A DNA stretch of 64,000 nt from Vitrella brassicaformis CCMP3155. Lineage: Eukaryota > Protista > Chromerida. Shown here piece after piece: positions 1-9,466 of this stretch; position 1 is the first letter of the stretch; every line of letters starts with the position of its first letter. A program made the position numbers and the translations under genes. The DNA lies in assembly GCA_001179505.1 (NCBI GenBank), contig CDMY01000223.1, positions 62,001-126,000 of the forward strand. Direction: 5' to 3'. The notes beneath the pieces are model-generated. The model was not told the DNA's origin, did no database searches, and worked only from the letters and a program-made list of their open reading frames with translations.

Positions 1-54
1 CGCTCCGTGCCGACTCAGGCGCAGGGCGGCACGACCACGGCTGCTGCCGTCTAG
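1..54 (+). CDS. Possible 3' end of a gene entering from upstream of the window (RSVPTQAQGGTTTAAAV*)
   Basis: Frame 1 is open from base 1 to TAG at 52-54 with GC-rich codons, followed by CA-rich UTR-like sequence. Too short to identify. Confidence 0.3.
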   Translation, partial: RSVPTQAQGGTTTAAAV

Positions 55-1313
55 ATCAACACACCACACCACACACCACACCACACACCACACACCACAC
101 ACCACACACACAGACAGACTGCATACGTACCGTACACCCCAGGGTATGTAATCATGTGTGTACAGGGAGGGAGAGAGAAGCGCGTGTGCGTGCGTGTGCG
201 CGGTTTAGTGCCAGTGGTCTGGATGGATGGATGCCTCCTGTCTGGATGCCAATCTGTCTGCCTGTCTGTCTGCCTGCCTGCCTGGATGGCTGGATGGATG
301 GATGGATGTGCTGCTGTGGTTTGTCCTTGTGTCGTGGGTTGGTTCGTATGTGCATAGCGAGTGGGTGGGTGTGGAGGGTCTAATGGCATCGTCTGATATG
401 CCGTGATCGATGGATGGATGGATGGCCAGGCAGGCAGGCACTTTCCGATAGCCGCTCTCGAGATATCGGTGCACCAACACACAACACAACAGTTGAGAGC
501 AGACAGACATAGCGCCCGGTTTTCCAGTGCTCGGGCGATGCGCAGGCAGGCAGGCAACACTCCCTCTCTCTCTCACCCCCTCTCTCCCCCTGAGCCTTGT
601 GGATACTCCCAACTAATCGAGCCTGCGGATGCTAGCAAACCAGATAGCAAATGAAATGCGTAGATGGCTGGCTGAGTGTGCGACGGTCACGTGCTGCGTG
701 TACAGAGGGATGGATGGATGGGTGGATGAACAAGCAAGGCAAGTGACTGGCTGGCCGGTTTTCGTTCCGTTCCGTCGGGCGGTGTGTGTTGTGTTGCGAC
801 GTTCCTTTTATCTACACGGCTTTTCTTTTCGTGTGCTGTGATGGTCTGTGTGTCGTGACTGGAGGGAGCACTGCAGCTGCGTTGCCAGGCGCTTCGTGAT
901 CCTTCTGTGGCATTGCACTCCAATGCCACAGAAGGCTCGCAGCGCGTCAGGTAATGCCGCTGCGGTGCCTACACACACGACGCGGCAAACAAATGTGATA
1001 ATGCATGGCATGGATGGGCACGCACACCCACCGCTCCCCCATCCCCTCCCCCTCTGTATACACACCGATGGTTGGATGGATGTGTGGACGTCCGGGTGTC
1101 CGCGGCTGGATGTGATGTGTGGGAAGGAGACTCACGCGGGGCGGGACAGAGACATTCGAATGAAAAGGAATCGGATCGAATCCTCAGTATGGAAGATCAT
1201 TGATTTGTCTGTCGATCGATGAACACACTCATTCATAGCAGTCAGTCCACACAACAATCCCTCCCCTCATCCACCCCTCCCTCCCCCCCCGCCAGGCCAT
1301 CCATTCCATCAGT

Positions 1314-2303
1314 TCATTCCGCCTTGAGCCCATCGAACATCATAATCTCCCTCCTCACGGGCAGATCAGGATGCTCCAGCCGCAGGTGGCCCTTCGGCTC
1401 CCCGCTGTCTCCCACAAGAGCCGTCTTGGCCCGCATGTCCCGTGTCCCGTGGCCGAAGGAGAAGGTGGGGTTGGTGCGGTTCTTCGACTTGACCTGCCGC
1501 CCAAGACACGACCGGGGGTCGCCCGTGTCCAGGAAAGTGTCGTTCTGCGGCGCCCTCTCGCCGAAGCGGTTGTCCTTTGGGAAGGAGTGAATCGGCAAGG
1601 TCTGCCTGCCGGACTCTGCCTGGTGGCCGACGGACGAGACGAGGGGGTAGCTGCCGGGGCCCACTGCTGACGGCGTCTGGACTATCGCCCCCAACACTGG
1701 CGTCTTGAGGCCGAATGACGAGGCGCGGATAGAGCGGCGAATCTTCAGGATGTCCGGATGATACCCGGCAGGGCCTGCGGGAAAGAAGAGACAGACGGCG
1801 TGGTTCCGTTGTGGATGATTTGGTGTGTGTGAGCTGACAGACCGGGTGAAGTCTGTCCATAGAGTGCGGCCGGGTGTGACTTGACGATGGTCGCATCACG
1901 GTTGTTGAATCGGGTGCCGGTTCCGAAGGGCGGCGGGTGCACGCCCTTGAACTTGAAGCTCTGGCTGTCTGGCACGATGCCCATCAGGTCGGTGGTCGAT
2001 ATCGGCACCTCCGACCGGTAGTCGGGGCGCTGCTTGGCGTCGCCGAACGAGAACACGTGCATGTTGGCCTTGCCCTCATCGCCACGAGGACTGCACACAG
2101 ACAGACACCAAGACACACACACACAGAGACAGGCAGACGGCCTGCATGCGACAGTCACCATGAGTGTGTGTGCGCGTGTGTATGTACTCGTATATGGGTC
2201 CAGGGCTGTGTTTGAGGCCCGTCTTGAACTGTGCATCGCGGCCAGACGTGCCAAACGAATACTCGGGGGCGCTCTGCCTCAACCCCTGCATGTCGTCAAC
2301 CAT
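1314..2303 (-). CDS. Sperm-tail PG-rich (STPG/SHIPPO/ODF3-like) repeat protein, 3 exons, likely axonemal
   Basis: Spliced product contains SAPEYSFGTSGR, SPGPIYE, TSPGPAGY, VGPGSYPLVSSVG and NPTFSFGHGTR, the PGP-x-Y / P-x-(Y/F)SF pattern of SHIPPO repeats. GT-AG introns at about 2189-2090 and 1845-1780. Confidence 0.75.
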
Positions 2304-2684
2304 CGACCGACATCACAGAAACAATCACGAGAGGGAAGAGGAAACAGAGGGAAGGCCGTTGCTCCCGCCGTCCTCACCTCAATCTGTCTGCCAACAGCAG
2401 GTACGTTCGGGTTGTCCAGCAGCAGATTCGCCATCACGCCTCAGACCTCTTCAACTCCGAGTCGTCGTCTTGGGGGACGGTGGGGGCCTGCTTCTCGCCA
2501 CTTTCAAGCTTTACCACAGCCTGGCTCGGCTCAAATCAGCCTCGCTGAAGCGGTCTCGAGGCAGCAAATGCTCAAAATCTCTCCGGCGATCCGTCACGCT
2601 GAGCTCGCAGGTTTGCGCCGAGTGCTGAATGCTCTCGATCTGTTACACCAGGTATGCATATGCGAGTCGTATAGGGACGGCGCG

Positions 2685-4765
2685 ATGCTTTTTCGTCACG
2701 GTGCGGCCCTGAGCGATGGCTGCACAGCCATTGGCTTCGTCAGATCTGCTCCTCCTTTCATCCCATTTCAGCCCTCCCGCCGGCGCATCGTGCGGCTCAG
2801 CTCTCGGCGCAGCTCGAATGCCCTGCCAGTGGTGGATGGATCGCACCAGGAGGAAACCGCAGAGGCGCTCATGGAACGCGCCAGACGGCTGCGGTCTGAG
2901 GCTTCGGTCATGGAGGATGAGATGCTGCGGCTGCTGACGGACGACAAGGAGGAAGTGGCCGATGAAGCTGCGGAAGAGCAGAGATCTGCTGTGGCTGTGG
3001 CGGTGGCAGCTGAGCCTGGGGAGCTTGCAAAGGAAAGAGTGAGGGAACAGAAGAGCGCAAGGCGTCTGCGGGCACTTCTCATGCACTGTGTTGGTTGGTT
3101 GCCCCTGCCCCTGTCTGTGTGTCGTGTGTGTCAGGGTGAGATCTGGGAGGCCCTTACTGAAGCGCTCGCTGAGGAGAGGACCAAAGGCGAGAAGGTCGCC
3201 AAGCTGCTAGAGGCGCTGAAGCTCCGCGATGGGGTCAGCCTGTGGGACGCAGAGTCGGTGCTGTACCGTCCCACGCCGCTGGAGCAACTCAAGATATATC
3301 TCAAAATGAGAGGTGAGGTGAGGAAAACACACATGGCTGACACGACGTCCTGCACTCACACGCAGGGATTGTTCGTCTGTGTGTCAGATGTGTCGAATCC
3401 GGCAAGGGTGCTGGACATTGATGGCGGCAGCGCCGTGGACAAGATCGCTCTCGGGCTGGGAGTGCTCTGCCTCGTCGCCACCGGAGCTGTGTTTCTGGGG
3501 GCCCTCAATGTAGGAAGTGACGTGCACTTCAGATGACCAAAAGGAGATGACTGGTCTGTCTGGGTGTGTGTGTGTCCGTGGCGTGGTGTGTGTCAGTGGA
3601 TTCCCAATGACTTTGTGCGATACTGTGTGAGTCTGGCGCTCATCTCCCTGCCATTCACCTACATGGCGGTGGGCATCGCGAGACCCAACGACCTGTTCTT
3701 CTTTATCGCTGAGGTAGGTGACTGGCGAGCAACCAAAACCGATGGAAAGATAAAGTTGCACGTTCCTCTCTCTCTCTGTGTCTGTGTCTGTGTCTTGTCA
3801 GGTTTGGCGGGCGCTGAGCCCAAAGACAGCCGAGAGGCTCTACTATCATGAAGCAGTGAGCACACACAGCATTACGCACCCACACCATAAGCACGACGCT
3901 CCCTGCGTCCATCCCTCCCTCCCCCATGCCCTCCCCCATGCCCTCCCTCCCTCCGACATGTAGGCGCACTTTCTCGTCGGCTATCTGCTGGGTCTGCCAA
4001 TCAAGAGCTACTCGGCCAACAGCTTCCTCAACCGCGTTGAGTTCTACGACGACATGGACATCCTCACCGCCGCAGACCGGCCACCAGAGTCGCTGCGGGA
4101 CCGCATACAGGCCGGCTTCGAGGTGCCCGAGGGGGACAGGCCGCGGGAGGCTGACGACGACGACGAGGTCACACTGAGGCGTGAGTTGAGGAGCGGTGAG
4201 AGGAGGCCTCGACCTGGAACGGTCGTCAACTTAGAGCGGGCCAAGCGGGCGATTGTCGTGGCCTCCGCTGGCGTTGCGGGTCGGTGGGCTGGGAACAAAC
4301 GAGCTGTCTCTTTCTTGGCAAGTTGTGATTCATTGGTCGGTGGCCTGCCTCGGTGTGTGGTGTGTGTGAGTTCAGGTGAGTATTTGTACTGTGAGAGTGC
4401 CGAGGGGGGCAGCGCCGACATCAAGTGGATCGACGCCGTCCTCAGGAGGTAGTACTGTACACCAACACCTGTCAATGAGCCTGAGCCTCTGTCTCTATGT
4501 GTCTGTTGTTCTTGCGTGGACGACAGGACGGATCCCCCGTTGAAGCGTGACGAGCGTCAGGACTATATGAGGTGGGGCGTGGTGGAGGCCTACCTCCTAC
4601 TCGACAAGTACAAAACCACACTGGACGCCCTTGTGGACAGCTTCAGGTACACACACACACACACACACAGAGGCGCATGGCAGTGATTTCTGTCTGTGTC
4701 TTTCTTTGACCAGGGCTGGCCGGTCCATTGTCGAGTGCGTGAAGGCGATCGAGGACAGTGCGTAG
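2685..4765 (+). CDS. Plastid-type FtsH-like zinc peptidase (M41-like, VIR3/cyanobacterial family) without AAA domain, multi-exon
   Basis: Spliced: Ser/Arg-rich leader, coiled coil, two TM helices (KIALGLGVLCLVATGAVFLGALN|WIPN; YCVSLALISLPFTYMAVGI), then ERLYYHEA|AHFLVGYLLGLPI (HExxH), AIVVASAGVAG, GGSAD, WGVVEAYLLL, and C-terminal SIVECVKAIEDSA*. Start codon uncertain (2685 or 2568). Confidence 0.8.
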
Positions 4766-4814
4766 TGCCGGTCCATTGTCGAGTGCGTGAAGGCGATCGA
4801 GGACAGTGCGTAGT
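4719..4814 (+). repeat. Perfect 48-bp tandem duplication that includes the stop codon of the upstream gene
   Basis: gccggtccattgtcgagtgcgtgaaggcgatcgaggacagtgcgtagt occurs at 4719-4766 and 4767-4814. Confidence 0.95.
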
Positions 4815-5730
4815 GCCAGATGAGATGAGAGGAGATGAAGGCGTTAGGTTGCGTCGGTTCCTGTGCTAAGATCTGTGTGTTGATTGACTGATCGTGTCGT
4901 ATGTGTGCGTCGTATTGTTGACGTGTAAGGGTGGCGAACACTTGCGATTGCAGCACGTTAATCAATCGGGGCTGTACAGACGTTCACAGCTTGTTGTCCT
5001 GCCCACTCCCTTTGTGCGCTGGTTTTCGGCTTTGTGAAGCCGTCCGCCAGCACCGAAGGAACACGCCAGTCATGGGTGTCCCTCCAGTGCTCGGAGACTT
5101 CTTCGACAGACGACGACCAGCACACTGGCGCAGCACGCACTCATGCACCAGACAATGTATCAGCCATCAAAGCTCCTGTCCCCGTCCGCCTCACCTCCGC
5201 CAAAAAGTGACGTTGTCCAGTCACATGTACGTATCGCATCCATCCGTCAAACACCGTTCGCAGTCGGTGTGCCGGCCTTCTCGTTCGCCATGCCATAGGC
5301 CACCCAGGAAGGAACACACATGTGATGAGCGTTCCGCCCCAGGTGACCACCAGCACACCCAACGCGAAGACCCAGCACAGGGGTAAGCAACACATTAGAT
5401 GGGCATTGCTTGCGACGGAACACCAGAACCCTCTTCCAAGTCAGACAGCCCGTCTGTCTGTGTGCCTTCAGCAACAACGCATCCAGACTAAGAGCCAAAA
5501 CGAGCTTGTGGCATTGTCGTCGTGGCTATCAGTCAGGGCGCATCGCCGCATCAGGCACACCAGACAGATAGACAGACAGACAGACAGAGAGCAACGCTTT
5601 GCTGGCTGCCACAACACAGACCACCACCATTCTGAACCCATCTCGCTGCTCACAGCCGCACCACCGCAACCAAAAAGCCCCTTGACAAAGAAAGCAGCAC
5701 ACACCACACCCACGCACACGAAGCCCTCCC

Positions 5731-7247
5731 TCACTTTCTCTTGTCGTCCTCATAGACCGCATCCCCCTCGCCACCCCCACCACCCCTCCTGGCCACCGCA
5801 CGGGGCCGCCCGCCTCTCTTGTCGTTTGTGTGGAGGGGCAGGCGTGTGTTGCGGGGCATCAGCAGCCGCATGCTGTATCCGTGGGGCCAGGCGGGCTTGA
5901 GTGACAGGCAGCATGACAGAAGGAAGGGGAACAGGAGACCCCCAGCCACAAGGATGGACAGAGTGAGCGCCGCCGCGTAGAGGACCTGATGAGACACACA
6001 CATGCACAAACACACCCCAGCCTCCTGCAGAAACTGTGTGTGTGTCTATCTGGCTGTCAGCTTACGTGTGGCGTGGTCCACACAATGGGCTGTGGATCCG
6101 TCGCCATGAGCGCCTTGAGCACCCGCCCATGGCCGGCATAGCTCTCCTTGCCGCCGCCCGTGTCGGTCGTCATGAAGGCGACACAGACGAACACCGAGCC
6201 GAAGGTCGCCATGTGCCCCATGTTGAAACCAACACGATAGCCGCTCACCCCATCCGGCGCACTGGCCACCGCCATGGCGGGGGGGAGGGCGGCAGCGTAT
6301 GAGGGGTGGACAGCTGGGGGAGTGTCGAGATCGAGGGAAGGAGGGGTCGCTGCTGCTGCTGCTGCTGCTGTTCTCATTGTGGCATTGGTGCTGTTGGGCT
6401 GCACGAGCGACTGGAGGAAGGACAGCTGCTGCTTGAGCAGCTGGTTCTCCGCGCGTAGAGAGGTCGCCTCGTGGCGAAGAGCTTCGACCTCCTGAGAAGA
6501 ACGAGGCGCATGAAGGCACATCCATCCATCCATAGTGAGAAGGTGAGTGTGGTTTGCCCTGCTTGCTGTTGCCTCACGTACGTGTTCGAGTGACGTGTAG
6601 TACTCCTTCTTCTTCGCACGGGAGCGCACAGCCGACGCCCTGTTCTGATCTGCAGACACAACACAACAACAGTCAGACAGACCAAGAAGCCCTCCCTTCC
6701 GTTCCTCCGTCATGTCATTGTCACCTCGTTTCCTCTGTTTCTTGATCTCATCCACGTTCCTCCCTCCACCCGCAGCCCCTCTGGCGGTGCCCCTCTTGAG
6801 CACCACCGCCCTGTCGGCCCTGTCCGACGACTCCTCACTAACACTCACCGCCGGACGACCACCACCATAGCCATCGAACATCTGCAGAGCAGGGCTGTGC
6901 TGCCGGCTGCTCGCCGTCGCCGTGGGAGCATAGTGTGTGGTGTTGGTGTTGGCCGTCAGGCTCCGCCCCCCCTGGCTGTGCGGCGAGGGGTTCTCGGTGG
7001 TGTGCATCAGGCTGCTGGGTGGCGCGTTGGGCGCAAGCCCACCGCCTGACAGTGTGTGGGTGAGGTGGCTCATGACGTCGTCGTGTGGAAATGCCGATGC
7101 TGAGGGAGGGCGTGAGGGCAGGTTGAGGAAGGAGTCGGGGTCGATGAAGTCATTGGGGTCGTCGGACGGCAGGGCGGGAGGCAGCAGAGGGATATGGCTG
7201 CCTGTGAGATGGTGGTAGTGCATAGGGCTGTCATCTTCGTCCATCAT
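5731..7247 (-). CDS. bZIP transcription factor with C-terminal hydrophobic segments (membrane-tethered), 4 exons
   Basis: Spliced basic region and zipper: EIKKQRKR|DQNRASAVRSRAKKKEYYTSLEH|EVEALRHEATSLRAENQLLKQQLSFLQSLV. Then MATFGSVFVCVAFM, and a last exon VLYAAALTLSILVAGGLLFPFLLSCCLSL...EDDKRK* ending at 5731. Confidence 0.85.
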
Positions 7248-7298
7248 GGCTTTCTAACACGATGACGTGTCGCTGACGTCATCCATCTTAGTTCCAGG

Positions 7299-7329
7299 GT
7301 TTAGGGTTTGGGCGAGCTCAACCCTAAAC
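7299..7329. promoter_or_regulatory. Inverted pair of telomere-like (TTTAGGG/telo-box) motifs in a 111-bp bidirectional promoter
   Basis: gtttagggtt (7299-7308) and its exact reverse complement aaccctaaac (7320-7329), between ATGs at 7247(-) and 7359(+). Function inferred. Confidence 0.45.
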
Positions 7330-7358
7330 GAAGACTCCGGGCTCAAAAGTGGGACCTC

Positions 7359-7703
7359 ATGTGCGCTCCACGTGTTGGCCCGACTCCTGGCGTGTTGGTC
7401 CGACTCCTGGACGTATTTTTCTTTGTGACTCTTTTGGCCGTCCTCATCGCCGTCACATACTTGTCCTGTACGCGAGATGCTGCTGCTGTACCCTCAGACC
7501 ACCAACTGCTATTGAAGGCGGCAAGAGAATATCTCGAGAGTGTGGTGAAGTTGAGGGACGTGCTGAGGGACGTGGGCTCGGCAACCTACGCCGACGGGAC
7601 GGATGCGATGCCTGCAGTGCAGAAGGTGTTGCTGGCTGCGGAGGATGCCATACCGCTTATACAGAACGCGACGTGGGTTATAGGGAACCACACTACGCGA
7701 TGA
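7359..7703 (+). CDS. Small single-exon protein with one N-terminal TM/signal anchor, unknown function
   Basis: ATG 7359; VLVRLLDVFFFVTLLAVLIAVTYLSC hydrophobic stretch, then helical region, two NxT sequons (NAT, NHT) near the C-terminus. Confidence 0.6.
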   Translation: MCAPRVGPTPGVLVRLLDVFFFVTLLAVLIAVTYLSCTRDAAAVPSDHQLLLKAAREYLESVVKLRDVLRDVGSATYADGTDAMPAVQKVLLAAEDAIPLIQNATWVIGNHTTR

Positions 7704-9466
7704 CTGACTCTCTCTCTCTGTGGGTAGATAGGTGCCTAGGTGGTGGGTGTGGCTTGGGGGGGTTGTATTCGGTGCAGCAGGGCAGGCACCTCAGACAGGT
7801 CACAAGTTTGAGAGGGGTGCTGCCTTCCCTTGCTCGTGTGTATGCATATGAACCATGTACTTACTTAGATCGGTGGCAGGCCTGCCGCAAGGGCGAAGGA
7901 ATGGTGTGGTGTGCGTATTTGCGGCCATGTGATATATGCATCATATACGTGTGTGATGAGCGGAGCCGTATCTAGTCAAATTTTGTCATGGGGGGCGTGT
8001 CGTGTCGTGGTGTGGTGTGCTGCAATCCATGGCATCATTGTGCTGGGCAGTGTGCCGACTTGATGATACCTGTCTTACTTGTCAATCAATGTGTGACCGA
8101 ATGAATGGTGAGAACCGACCGACGTTTGTGTTTACGTCACTCTTCTCTGTCATCCGGCCATGCACACAAACCATCCAGAGAGGCGGGCTATCCACCGATC
8201 GCAAGGCAATCTATCTAATCTTATCGTCCTGCCCCTCCTCTCTGCTCCCATCACCAATCGCAGCGGGGGTGCTGCGGGCGGCGGGGCACCCGCCGCGGGG
8301 CTGGGTGGTGAGAACCAGCCAGCGCAGGCAGCCTTGGGACCGATATATAGATAGATGGGACGGCGGAACCCCACCCACCCCACCATACCTGGATGGATCA
8401 ATCACATCGGCACAGGAAGCAATGCACACACACATGACTTCTTACTTGGGCGCCCCGTTAGCAGCGGGCGGCAGCGGCCCGCTCGCGCCTCCACAGCCCC
8501 CTCGACCGCACAAACATCCGCAGAAGTGCGTGTGTCGGCCGGCGGGTCCCAGACACATCATAGGCACAGATCAAGGCCACCAATATCGAAGGCCGCTTGG
8601 GGGCGAAGCGATATGGGCCAGCGGGGCGAGGACGGGGATGATGTGACGAGCGATGAAAAGACTGGCTGGTGAGAGGGCAGTGGAACTCAATCCTGAGGCC
8701 GGCCCAGCAACACCAGGGTCTGTTCCTCTGTGAGCGGCTCACTCCCCGCGTCCCTTGTGTGTCCGAGAGCGGGGCGAGGCAGTGGTGTCGCCCGTGGACG
8801 GGCCGATGGAGATCGACGGCATGCAGCCGGCCGGTCAGCCATGCAACAAAACTACAACTGCAACCATTGACAAATACAAGGAAGGAAGGACACACAGATG
8901 TGCCATGCCAGCCAGTGAGTTTCTGTCCAGGGTAGATAAATAGATAGACTCCCATCTTGTCGTCATCCCTGCCGAACGATTAAATGATCCGGCTTATCTC
9001 TGCGTGGCCCTCGTAGTGCACCAGGATGTCTGTCGGTGCGGCAGCAGGAGGGCTCCGCGGGATGAGGCCCTTCCCAGGGGGCGGGCAGCGGTGGGCAATC
9101 GGCGACGTCGAACACGTCGCGCCAAAAAGAATGGGAGGTGGCATCCACATCACAGCTGTCAATCTTGCTCCACGCTGACATCTCGACGAGGACGGCAGAT
9201 CAGCGAGCAGAACACCGGTGCTTTCTGTATGTCGCTCCGTTCTTGATGCTATGTACGTCGCTTCAGGCGCACCAAGGCCGCTTCCCTCCAGCCATCCATG
9301 CGAGCTCAAATATCTGCGAGCTAAGCCTGCGGACGTGCAGGATTTCCCTCGTCAGGGCGTTGCCTACGTGCCCTGCTGTTCCATTGAGCCGAGATCCGCT
9401 CCGATCCATCAGTATTTGATGAATGCCATGCTCGCAACGTGGTCCTGACGGCCATCCATCCGATAG

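Noticed and set aside
51-1250. Many 60-170 aa ORFs in the ORF track (also 14200-15240, 18830-20600 and elsewhere)
   Set aside because: They translate microsatellites (HTHT, CVCV, DRQT, HPSI), overlap on both strands and have no domain signal; read as UTR or intergenic.
2034-3536. 500-aa ORF as a single-exon gene
   Set aside because: Its 5' part is antisense to the STPG gene, it reads through introns, and a donor at 3510 joins it to the HEAAH exons, so it is part of the VIR3-like gene.
8278-8296. Perfect hairpin GCGGCGGG-GCA-CCCGCCGC resembling the 63.9-kb cores
   Set aside because: Single occurrence in very GC-rich sequence with a 3-nt loop; chance is a sufficient explanation.
8980-8982. 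Stop-codon reassignment suggested by an in-frame TAA between coding-like segments
   Set aside because: All well-supported genes here use the standard code and end in TAA, TAG or TGA; one ambiguous case is not evidence.
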